From contig OZ260664.1 in the NCBI GenBank assembly GCA_965285935.1, forward strand, positions 86,552,001-86,616,000: a stretch of 64,000 bases of DNA, given 5' to 3'. A program made the position numbers and the translations under genes. Positions within the stretch are counted from its first letter, which is position 1. Each line of letters opens with the position of its first letter. Below the pieces are notes generated by a model. That model had not been told where the DNA came from. It made no database searches and saw nothing but the letters and a program-made list of their open reading frames with translations. This document shows positions 22,601 to 34,150 of this stretch, piece by piece. The DNA is from Ophelia neglecta. Its lineage: Eukaryota.

Positions 22601-25600
22601 ACTACAAATCTATTGCCTTGCAGTTTATCTATGCGGTGAGACACACCTCACTCTAGTTAGCTACTTTTGTCATCACATTAACATACTTCCTTTATTACAC
22701 TTCTCTTCAAATGCCGATTTTGCCCTATAATTACATGTATAGCGAGCACCTTTTTGTCAAGTTATTTATATTATTGTCTTCAATGCGCTGGTCTTCAACA
22801 GCCGATTTGTGCGCTATAATTAGCTTTGAAATAAAATTGCATAGTAGTAAGAGTGCACCACACTCCGGCTCGTTGTTGTCTCTGTTATTCAGTAACTCGC
22901 TTCCGCATAATGTGTACACATTTACTGGATCTTAATGGCTTGTGTATTTGCCTGTACTAAAGAGGCTATAATTCTCACAAGCTGCTTCCGTTAAATATCT
23001 TTCTAATGTTTATCCTGGTGATTTTATTGATATCGTTATTGAAATGCCAATAGAACTTAACCACACAAAGGCGTTGTCCTAAATACACAAAATCAAACGA
23101 CCAAATTTACAATTTTAGCTCTCACGAGCAAAGATAAAAATGGAATATGTGTTTTATCTGCGTCGACGTAATCATAGTTATCGATTGTCATGTTTCAGAC
23201 ACGTATCATTGAACCAAACAACCCCACCTCACACACTTCTGGAACACTGGTCTTTATCAAAATTATAAAGCAATGGGACCAACGTATATTTGGTTGTCCT
23301 GGTTTGGTTATTTGTGACTGATTATGGCAAGTCCCGTGGGCTAATTTGTCTGTCCACCTGTGGCGTGACTAATAATTTTAGAAATACAAACATATGTATT
23401 GGATATTTCAATACTTTATATGAATGATCATTAATAAACCTACGTGGTGTTTTGGGGGGAACAGCCTTGATCGTATCATCGTGATCACTGGTAGACGAAG
23501 TCGTGGTCCTTCTGGCTTGTTCTTCTGCATCTATGAATATAAAATAAATTCTCAAAATTGGTTTGGGACACATCATTTTAGGAGAGTTTGCTCGAAAGCC
23601 TTCTCCTTTGACGGGAACCATAAAGGTATCATTTCCCACTTGTTTTTCTCGTTCTTATTTCACAATTGTATAGTTTGAGGCCATTACAACAAATATATCC
23701 GAGATCATTATTTTGCACCATGTCGATGATTTCATTTGAATCAAATCGATGGCCTTTTACTGATTTCATTAATTCTGCAATCGTATTTTAAGCGGATAGT
23801 AAAATATAAAAGCTTCTGCCTCTGGACAGAGTTTGTTGGTAACCAGAAACCCCACGGAGGTATGTAATATAATATTAATTGCTTTGAGACAGTGTTTATG
23901 CACTATGTGGCCGTTTTGGAAAAAAAACTTTATGTATAATTGTGTTGATTTCTCGGAGCCCATGAGGGCTATGGAAAGAAGCTAGTAGGAATGGTCGCAG
24001 GCTGATGTTTGTTAGCGCTTGGATTGTGACGGTTGTTTTTGTGCTAAATCGCCCTGATGTTTTTCGACGGTGCGTGAAGAAGTAGCAATTGTGGGTGTTA
24101 TGAGAAGCTAGTGTTTTTTTAATAAACATTTCTCAAGTTTGCTACTGTTTGCGGCTGGATTTTATGATCAGCCATGTAATATTTATTAACATTTTCACAA
24201 GTTATTCTACTTTGTGTGACTAGCAGGAGATGTAAAGTATAACAATCAATTATATTTAGATCCACTGCCAACTGCTATTTCCAGGTTACAAATTGCAATT
24301 GATTGTTACATTACACTATGTAGCAGGTGTGTACTGTGATGATGGAATCCCTTGATTGAATATGTGCTAGTAGATATATTGGCTTCTGTGTGATAATAAA
24401 TGATGTAATGTGGTATTACTCCTGTGAATTTGGATTGATTGATTGAATGATTGATAGTATTGTATTTTGCTTTCGATTGATGGATTGTTGCATGGAAATA
24501 TTTGTGCATACGTATGGTGGTGTTATGTCTGGTGTCTACGGCAGTGAGGCAGCACTATAAAGAGGGCATTAAGCCCCCTGTCACAAGTAGGCACCGTGGC
24601 GATATGACCATATAAATGTTGAAGGCCACGTAAAATTCCAAACAACCAACAAACCAAACTTTGTATTTAAAGCAATTGCCGGTGTATGTTTTAATTTTTT
24701 TTGTTTGACATTTCTTTTGTGATTGTGAAGTACCCTTGGTTGAACCACCCATTTTTAGGATTATATTTGAGTGTGTACTTGAACTCAATATGTCGCATGT
24801 TGATGGCTATCCTTCGCCTGAGAGCCCTGGAGATAATGTCTTTGGCCCTCGTGCCCTTAATGCATATCCTATGGAGGCAGGGATGCCAGTGGTGCAGACT
24901 AGGGGTGCTGGTGAACGTGAACTTACCGGAAGAAGTCGAAAGCAAGTGAGAAGAGTCTTTTGATCTATAGATCATCTGTTCCTGAATTGTGAAAGGTGTA
25001 TATGGGGAAATGCAGGGTTTGCTATCAGTTGAAAATGTTGTTACATTTGTACTTAAGAAATAAAGAGGGGAAATTCACTATGGAAAAATCAAAATGTGTT
25101 GTGCAAAGCGCAACGGCATGCATCAGAGTACTACATCAGACACCAATATCACACCGATACACGGAATTTATAATTAATGTGCGCCTTTCTATAACATATA
25201 TTAATAAAAGAAACATTTTTTTGGTACTGATCAGCATGTTTAAATGGCTCAGGCTATATCCGTGGAGATGGTTAGATCAAAGTGTATTGTATTTGTTTCC
25301 CAGGAATGAAAAAAAAAAGATTAAAGGCGTCATGTTATAACTAAATTTGACAAATCATCTGAGATTCATTCAAATGCCACCTCTATTGACAGTGAGTTGT
25401 GACATTCGTAATATGGAGTTCGAACACCGCTCTATTCCCCTATTTTATTTTCAACCCAAGCACCAGAAAGGTCATAAAAAATACCCGATATCGATTCTTA
25501 TTCAAGACTCATAACCTATGTTTCCGACTATTTCATTGTATAACGTAAACTGCCTATAATAGGTATTTTCCCATCATTACTTCGGTAATAATCGCCATTT

Positions 25601-28600
25601 TGGGGTCGTGTGAACAGAATCCTTCAGCTTTCCGCCCAGATTTCAATGGGAAAATACCGACCCTAAAACGGTGAGTAAAATTGTCATTTATAATTTTTGT
25701 ATGAAGAGTTAAGAATTGTAGGGATGACAAACCGTTTTGTCTAGTGGTCATGCCCCCGTATGAACACTATTTCACGTGTTTTGGGGTTTGCTGTTTTGAA
25801 GAGTTACAAGTTTGCTCGAAACACTTGCACCCTCCCGGAATCAAAAGTTGGTCCAAGGAGCGGCTAAATAAAGCTTTATAGTGTTGAGAACGCAAAGATC
25901 GAAAATAATATCTCCCAATTTTCTACACTGCTTAAATCATACCATAGCATGAAATGATACTAAATTTAAACTTTTATATAAATCTAGATTATTCCAGGTA
26001 TAGTTTGTATTTTTACTTACCAATTGTTTCGCTTATTAAAGTCACCTTGCCCTTGAATGCTGCAATCATAATGGCCAAAAGAATAGCATCCGAGAATATA
26101 CTGATCACTTCGAATACTAAAGCAACAATGACAACTGCAGCACAATCTTGGGAAGTATTGACTGGCTCTAAAAAAAAACGTGTGGGAATCAGATGAACAA
26201 TAGTCGGCCCATAAGTTTTATGATTTATGTTGGATGACAACCTTTTAGTGACATTTATTCATACAATATTATAGGAGAATTGACCTATGGCATAAAACTC
26301 TTTGCAACCATGAAATGCATATTTCCAGATGGCAATTAATATATGCTGTGCTACAAAGGGGAATTTAAAAAAAAAATGGCTTAGACAGTTACGTCTTGGT
26401 ATAAACTGTATTATTTCTATGTCTACTGGAGATAAAACTAACGCTTATAATTAAAAAAATCTTTTTTTTTAAATTCATTCATTAAATAGACAGACACACG
26501 TCAATAGGTTTAAATAGTTTACTACAGCATATTTCCTTTGTAAAGTAATGCTGCACTCCCTTTTCGGAAGTGTCTGATAATAAACTATTTTTGCTGCCTT
26601 TCTGCAGTCAATGATCAGCTCATTTTCGTGTAGTTTGCAGAGTGAAGTTTTTCTGGGGTGTGGGTGGGGGGTGGGGGGTTAAAGCCAAATTTAAGATTTT
26701 ATGCAAAGCGATAGCGGAGTGGTATTCTGTTTGCCTTTCCTTAGGAATTGACGGTGCAATAAGTTTAAGTACTAATAAACTTATTTCAAGTATAGTTTGT
26801 TTTATTCCTAACCAGTGAAGTGTCGAAAGGAGAACCTTTTATTAAGGCTGGACTATTTGGTAAAACATTTTCACCTCATTCTGAGGACAATTATGTAAAT
26901 GGGTGGTTTTTTTCTGACGATGGAAATCCCAAACCTTTTTCGACAACAGAAAATATTTCTTTTGAAATAGTAGAATAGCACTAGTCCAGGAGACAAGCCC
27001 CTAAAATTGGGAGAACCGTATAAATGAGTATGGTCAAGGTTTTTTTGACGAAATGATTGCTTCAGGGTGTCCCATTTAAGAATCCGACGGGTGCCACTTT
27101 GGCATGTTTTAGCAATTTGTTTTATAAACATTTTTAGAGAGGACCATCTGATGACCAAAGTTGAAATTGTATTGGAGCAGATTTGAGCCATAGTAAGTTT
27201 ACGATCTCGAGATAATATTATTGTGTCGGACTGTGGCTTTATGGAGGATGTTTCATATCGCACGGTATGTCTTCTGTCGATATCAAAAAAAACAGAATTG
27301 GAATAACTTAATTTATTATCTTACTAGAAATGTTCAACTGCAAGCGCTTCACAGGCCTATTGCACGATTTCTTTTTTATATTCATATAATGATTTGGTTT
27401 TAATCTCACACCAACAGGATTTGTTTAAATGCTTTTAATATACTTTACTATTAAAGATCACTACCTTGGCATCATTTTAAGCCTTTATTGGTGTCTGAGG
27501 AACTATTTTTAGTGGAATGACAATTTAGTTGTCTGGACTGAATTATTTCTAATAGGCCAAAAATTCAATTTCTATAATTTTACTCCTGGAAAAGGTAACT
27601 GAACGCTTTAAACTGATTTAATATGGTTTTCGGGCACAAAGCACCTGTTGAAAGATGCCTAGTTTTTAGTGAAAGAAGGCTCATTAGTTTTTTGCTGACA
27701 AGTAAAACATGTTTGCACATTTCTGCTTGTGGCCGACTGATATACAAGCATGAACAATTCGTACTTCCACATGTAGAAAAAAACATGAAACGCATTATCA
27801 CCCATGCAAATAACACGACGAAACTATATAGTGCATGTGTCATTAGAGCGTTTGATACTATTCATCATATATCAAAATACCATTCATTCGGGATGATTAC
27901 TATGCATGACATTTTTGGAAGATGTAAAAACCTCAAGTTCTTTTCTCTTCGACATCTTGCAAAAACCATTACAAAAATGTAAACTCACAGAAAACTAAGA
28001 ATAAAATTAACACATATTTTACGGGAATAAACAAAAGAAAAAAGAAATACGTAACAAACAAATGTATAGATAATATAGTGTATTTACCAACAGTAACTTT
28101 GAAAGTACCATTAACCAGATTGGAGCCTCCCGGGGGTTCATAGGAGCATGTGTAATATATCACGCCAGCGGCATGATGCAGTGCTGTGATACTACTTGTT
28201 GTGGAATTAAGGTCAGGACGACTGCTGCATGTTTCTACAGAATTGTTCACCTGCAAAATAAACAATAGCAAAATATGATGGTATATATTGATGGTAGACA
28301 CATGGAATCGAGAAAAGTGGACGATGGGATTGGCTTACACTCAAAGGGTCCGGTCCTGTCCAAATTATATTAGGGTCAGGGTAACTACAGTTGACTTGGC
28401 AAGTAAGTTCGAACTGTTCATCAACAGTGACGGTTTTTTCCCAAAATCCATCTGGAGTCGTTACCGTGTCAACAGGTACTGGAAAAGACAAATTTGGAAT
28501 ATTATAATTAATTACTCAGCTGTATGACTACTGTGGTTACTGGTGCCTTTGTACCGGACCAAACCGCTCAAAAGACCACAACTGAACTTTTAAGATCCAT

Positions 28601-31600
28601 TGTCTCTATCTGCAATAATTAGGGCATGCTTCCCCAGACAATATCGCATATCCTCTTTGGGATTTGAATCCTTCCATCAGCTCATTCGAATTGTGGCCAA
28701 ATCTTCGGAAGCTGTTATTTCATTCATCTCTTTTCAGCTTTTCGTTTTCGTTTAAGACTTAACAATGAGATAGTCAAAGATGAAACAAACCTTTCCAAGA
28801 TCAATTAGAAGATTTCATGATGGCAGCTGGTGATTATTTTCAATTACTGGACGGTGATGAATGCCAAGCTCAATAAGTCGCACAATCTCTTGCACTGGAT
28901 ACAGTGTATGGAGTTTGCATTGACATACTTACCTGCGGGGACCCAGACGCCGCCATTATTGGTCTAAACATAATGAGGACAAGGGCCAAACTCATTAATG
29001 ACCGCCCGAGTGGCCTTTAGTCTTATGTGTCACTATAATTGGTTTTAATGTTTAGCCACTGAAACACTAGTAATATTGTATAGGCCCAAATAGCTAAGCG
29101 TATTGAGTCACTGTATTAATCGTTATCCAAAATTTTCATGCATACTTTCCTCAGGCTTTTACTGTACATATGTTATACTACTACGTGATGTACTCTCTCC
29201 CACGAATGGGCGAAAAAGAAATAATAAAATAAAAAAATACAAAGATAAAAGAAGAATGAAAGACTTCTGAGAGAATTGTTCAGCAGACTACTTCATTGGG
29301 ATCCAGGATTGTCAAGAACATTCCAAAACATTTGGTGAGTCGCAGAAATTGAATCTACAAGCTCACCATGTTCTGCCGCGACAAGTCGAGTTCTCTACGA
29401 CTAAAGGAACTGCAAAGATGGGCCGAATTTGATACCAGGTATGCAGATTTGAAGGAAAAGGAAATTATTAAAAAGAAAAAAAAAATAGCTGAAGAAGATT
29501 TTGAGTTAAGAACTGAACTAACAATAGTTGATGCTTAGACAAAAGTTATTGATGATGATGATTATGAAAGTGTTCCACCCAACGTATTGTCTTGTAGTGT
29601 TTCTAATAAACATTCTTGTATCCAATTGTCAACAAAAATGTAGCTAGTCCAAAGCCCAATGATGTTATATCCCAGAAATCAGTTGATAGTGATGATAATA
29701 GTATGTGTCAGAAAGTATCCCATACTATTGTACATGACCTACAAAAATGGAACGGAAAAATATGGTGGGAATTTGGTTCAAATAATCTATTTGGATGAAA
29801 CCTGTTGAGAGCATTATTGAGGAGGGTTTCAAATCACGCCCTTTTCACGCGCGTGGTGCGTTCACTAATGACATAACTAAAAGCGCTCTATGTTTTTAGT
29901 ACCCCCTCCTCCCTTCTCCCCCATACCAAACATGTATGCCTGAATTTAATACTCGGAATATTCGAGACGTCACACTAGCATTGAATAAATTTTTTTTATA
30001 TCGTGGGAAAATGGTTGTATTCACCAGGAATACGGTGATTATTTTCGAGTGACTGTATTTTTATTTGGAGCAACGTCGTCTCCGTAATGTGCCAATTTGG
30101 CGTGGAAACACTACAAATTTAAATGAGAAAGAATTTAGAGCTTTTGGGATTTGGGATAATGCACCAACAAGAAGAGTTATTCTACATTCGGTAATCTTAC
30201 TATTTGATCTCCTAAGACTCATTACTTTCTGCAAGAGGAACTAGCCTATAGTAAGTTTGACCATGTTAATTGATAGCAAGGTGGCTTTAGGTTGCATTGA
30301 GATCGATCCATTTATGTTTCAAACCGAGTGCAGCAAACCAGGGAACACTCAGACATAAGTGATTGTATACATATTGGTGGCAAAAACAAAACGACACATA
30401 TTAGCATGTTTCTAATGCTGACGAACTTACATTGTGGTGGCTGTGACCTGCTTTTCAGTCAATAACCCAAGATTTAGAATGCTCCTATATTTTTCAAACC
30501 TGAAGACCCTGAGATTAAGAAAGTGTCGGCTTTTGCTACCAAAATGAAAGTAACAAGTTAGGTACGTTTTCTGGAATAGACGATATATATTCAGTGCACG
30601 TTGGAACAAGAGCTAAGAGGGCTAACGCATTGTGTTTACTTTTCTTACAGAGACTGATAGTCAGACGTGTTACAAAAGGCAGTTGGCCTACTAACGATGA
30701 AGGAAGATAAACGAAACTCTGTTTTGTCGATAAGAATGGTGTTTAGTACGTGTCCCTGATGTGTTTCTCGGGGAAGATATTTATGCGAGGAAGGTAAATG
30801 TTGCTCATGGCCATCCCGTACACAGGTTAGTTTTAATAGTAAGCCAGGGAATCCCCGACGAGGAACGTTGGACATTAGACTTTAGAAGCCAACATACTTT
30901 ATCAACTTTATTTGGATCTTGTGTTATGACTTTGGTATTTGCTTTTGTTCAACTTTATAAATATATTGTGGTATGACTTACATATCAAGTTACTCTTAAC
31001 AAACGTTGAAAGTATAACGCCTTAACGTTTAATGGTAATAGTCAAGTTAATGATAATAGTCAAGTTACTGATGCATCTCCTGTTATTTCTCGATTGTATA
31101 CTAAATTATTTTGTTGTAAACTGAGGTACAGGAGCCATGTAACTGCGGTTATTATGTATTGCCGTGTATCTAGTTAACTGAACATTTAGTTTTTGTAAGT
31201 TATAGTGTGCTGAAATATTGTTATGTTACTACAACTGCCATCTGTTTAGTAAATACCTTGTATTTGAACTGCCTGGAAGTAAATTACCCGGCAAGCGGTG
31301 TATTCTGTGCCCCAACAAAAAAGAGTAGGAAACATCAACGATAAATTAGAGAAGATATTCCTGCACATTATTTCAGCAAATTTGACCCTGAAATAGTGAT
31401 ACGTCTTACTAGAATCATTAATGTATAAAGATATTGTTACGTATATTGGAAGTTATTGTAAAACTTATGTGTTTTTATAAGCGATAAAATAGTGTTTATA
31501 TCGATAAAATCAGCCCAAACCATGAGTCCTTACTGTTTTTCTTTGGGTTCTGGTTAATTTTGTGACCGACTTACCATAGCTTTTTGTCGTAGTAATTCGA

Positions 31601-33882
31601 AGTACCGTGGCTATCTGTCATTTTAAGTTTTACGTGATGAAAGTAAGTTTAGTGATTGCAGAGACTTAAGTTCATCAAATGTGTTACTAACGGTGACAAA
31701 AAATGAATAATAGGTGAATAACAATTTGTAAAAATAATCAATGATAAAACAATGCAACACATATCTATTTACATGAATTGGCATTTACAAAAGCACATTG
31801 TTCATCAACGTAGTCAAGGTTTTAGCGTAGTCTAAATAACTAAATTGACCATGTGTCACGTATTTTAGTCCACGACTGAGAGTCAGCGCTTGAAGATGCC
31901 GAGATATTAGAATTTATCAGTAGAATTAGGTAGTTGAAAGGTAAAAATGAAAGCCTACACTATGAAAGGACGATTGAGGTGGTGTTTGGAATGCTTAGAG
32001 CATGTTCAGGCTAATAGAAAATAATACCTACCCATGCCTTGAAAGATGCATGCAAAATAACCTGTGGAGGGGGGGGGGGGGGGTGGCTAGGGTGAACGCG
32101 TACACAGATATGGGCAATCAATTACTGCATAAAACGGAAATATCGAGGGCAATAAGGGTACTTTTAAAGGCTAATTGCATTGTGATTTTGGGAGGGGGAA
32201 ATCAAACTATATTTTATCCTAATGTTAAATTGCAGATACCACTCATGATAATTATTGCATTGGCCTCTTTCAGAGAAAATAAGAAACCTTTGTATGAATA
32301 TCTAAAAAATATTTCATTTTACTCCTTATATATGTCTAAAAACAACATTGGATACGCGGCAGACAAAGCCAAATAATTAGTGAAGAATGGTCTGTTAAAT
32401 CGGCCCGGATTTATCAGGAACTACCAGCCAAACAGAAATTGCTAACTAGGGTACACCTAGAATGTTCATGGATACCAAACAAGCCAAGCTAATATATTGC
32501 ACGTACCCATTATGAAATATGCTGGTTTGAAGTAAAGATTACCACATCAACCCATGTGTTTTCCCCACTATTCATTAGTAATAAGGAATAAACAGTGAAG
32601 TGGTCTGTGTGGGTAAATAAATGCAAAATTATGTGTTATTTTGTCAACTAAAACAAAGACAGTTTGCTTATCCTACCTCTTAATCCAATCATATGCATTT
32701 GTCTAGAGCCTAACAAATAATATAGCGGCCTACTTCCTCTAAGGTATTCTCTACTCACTGTGGAGGGTGATTTGGACTTATGTACATTTTTAAGTGGTAT
32801 CAAATACAAAACTAATAGGAATCAAATAGCCATAAGTAAGAGCATCGTCTAACAAAACGTGTAAATGATTCTGGTTTTACACTTTTCATGTCAAATGACC
32901 AGTCTTTTAAAGAAAGACAAATTCACACCAGTAACCTAATAAAGCATTTAGGACAGCGGATGGAGAAGGGGGGGTTACTCCCGAGATGTAACTAACAGTG
33001 TTTTTAAAGTAGTATTGTTTATGTCCTCTCTAGCTATGAGTGTTTCCCAATGCTTACCTACATATACTACTAATTACATCAAAACTGTAGACGTCGCCAA
33101 TGAATAGAATATTCTTGCTTGTAAAAATGTCATGATTTCAGAGGCCATATTGGTATTTGGGTCTTTTTCCGTATAACAATAATCAGATTTTGCCTCTTTT
33201 ATGTACTTATCATTACCGTGATATATCATAATAATTGATATGGATTTTGTTTTCAGTGGGTGCTATTACTTACCATACACATCTATGAAGATAGAATCAC
33301 GAACACCGTTCACTTGACAATCCCACTTTCCGCTGTACGTATCATTCCGGTATGCTTGTATGAGAAGGGTGCAGTTTCCCTGTGGATTTCCACATATCGG
33401 AGCTGAAGCACACTCAGCGGCCTTCACGACTTCATGAAGCTGATTTACCGTACATCCAGTAGCAATATTCCTATCATATTAAAACTCATTAAATATCTTA
33501 TAATACTATGAGGATAATTCAACATTTCAAAATATAGCAGACTTAATAGGTGAACATTATGGAAATAATAAATGTGCTGACCAATGGTTCGGTTGAAAGG
33601 TGCGACTATTTGAAAAACTTACGTGGCTAAAGGTGGCTTATACCACACCTTTGAGAAAGGCGTCGAATCAAAACAAGTCAGAAGGAACATGTCTCCCTCC
33701 AGTGGTGTGCTGTCGTTTGTGGTGACTGCCACCGATTCGATCACTGATGAAGAATAAATAGTAATACCTTAAATGCTTTTCATAACAAAAACATTAGTTC
33801 CGACTATTATGGTTGCTCCTAAACGTATATTACCTGGTATCGCGACCAAAATGAGTGCTATTTTAATCATAATGATAAGCAT
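19549..33882 (-). CDS. Gene B: IgSF multipass membrane protein (signal peptide, 2 Ig domains, 3 TM helices); 3' end unresolved
   Basis: Phase-consistent GT-AG exons 33882-33834, 33743-33623, 33470-33274, 28478-28339, 28250-28088, 26167-26021, (23530-23444), 20046-19942, 19653-19549 give an open frame of at least 342 aa. Confidence 0.8.
19942..20046 (-). CDS. Gene B exon, TM2
   Basis: ttttttatttag|..|gtgggc, phase 1-1; GGKSKPGTILIVSVVGSTILVIIAGCLHGVAIAK. Confidence 0.7.
21500..22930 (-). mobile_element. Possible degenerate LINE 5' part (ORF1 and start of endonuclease)
   Basis: HKIIMRAFAVIGFHS..NINLNG.SY..RG resembles the APE N-terminus; KIEV...WLARGYARRAW resembles an ORF1 C-terminus; many stops. 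Confidence 0.4.
23444..23530 (-). CDS. Gene B candidate cytoplasmic exon
   Basis: ttttatattcatag|..|gtaggt, phase 1-1; DAEEQARRTTTSSTSDHDDTIKAVPPKTP. Confidence 0.55.
24516..24659 (+). mobile_element. SINE 3' portion
   Basis: GGTGTTATGTCTGGTGTC..CAGTGAGGCAGCACTATAA..GCACCGTGGCGATATGACC..GTTGAAGGCCACGTAAAA followed by a (CAAAC/CAAC)n tail; resembles MetaSINE-type elements from recall. Confidence 0.6.
26021..26167 (-). CDS. Gene B exon, TM1
   Basis: poly-T tag|..|gtaagt, phase 1-1; EPVNTSQDCAAVVIVALVFEVISIFSDAILLAIMIAAFKGK. Confidence 0.8.
28088..28250 (-). CDS. Gene B exon, Ig domain 2 second half
   Basis: ttttgcag|..|gtaaat, phase 0-1; ...GVIYYTCSYEPPGGSNLVNGTFKVTV. Confidence 0.85.
28339..28478 (-). 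CDS. Gene B exon, Ig domain 2 first half
   Basis: cttttccag|..|gtaagc, phase 1-0; FELTCQVNCSYPDPNIIWTGP. Confidence 0.85.
29290..30870 (+). mobile_element. Old, internally deleted BEL/Pao relic in gene B intron 3
   Basis: FRVTVFLFGATSSP*CANLA (about 30043-30102) and PTRRVILHSVILLFDLL match BEL/Pao RT-region motifs; Gag-like coiled-coil remnant near 29400-29560; limits approximate. Confidence 0.65.
33274..33470 (-). CDS. Gene B exon 3, V-like Ig domain second half
   Basis: tag|..|gtaagt, phase 2-1; NIATGC...AAECASAPICGNPQGNCTLLIQAYRNDTYSGKWDCQVNGVRDSIFIDVY. Confidence 0.85.
33623..33743 (-). CDS. Gene B exon 2, V-like Ig domain first half
   Basis: ttcttcatcag|..|gtaagt, phase 1-2; IESVAVTTNDSTPLEGDMFLLTCFDSTPFSKVWYKPP. 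Confidence 0.85.
33834..33882 (-). CDS. Gene B exon 1, signal peptide
   Basis: MLIIMIKIALILVAIP then CAG|gtaata phase-1 donor. Confidence 0.8.
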
Positions 33883-34092
33883 AGTTCCGTAAACGATAGT
33901 ATCCAATGACTCTCTTCTTCGCAGCTTTATGCTTTGTGGTTTAAAACAGAAGCAATTTGTGCAGTAGCGCTCAGGTAGTCGTGCGCGCCGCTTGTTGCAC
34001 TTTACTGAACCAGCATAAAACGAATAGTGCACACAGAAATATACCCTCGGCGAAACATGATGAAGTGAAGTCATATTAAAATTCCTCTTGAT
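33883..34092. promoter_or_regulatory. Putative bidirectional promoter and 5' UTRs of genes A and B
   Basis: 210 bp between divergent ATGs; short CpG-rich core GTCGTGCGCGCCGC near 33977-33990. Confidence 0.6.
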
Positions 34093-34150
34093 ATGTATAT
34101 GATGAAACACGTGATAACTTGTTTGATATATCTTTTCCATTCAGTTGCAG
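34093..34150 (+). CDS. Gene A exon 1, signal peptide
   Basis: MYMMKHVITCLIYLFHSVA then G|gtaaga. Confidence 0.8.

Noticed and set aside
28928-28960. Minus-strand ATGGCGGCG...CAG|gtaagt (MAASGSPQ) inside gene B intron 3
   Set aside because: Phase 0 donor does not fit the next gene B exon (phase 1); may belong to a TE
33769-34140. 123-aa minus-strand ORF crossing the promoter
   Set aside because: Only its MLIIMIKIALILVAIP part fits the spliced gene B model; the rest is antisense to gene A exon 1 and promoter
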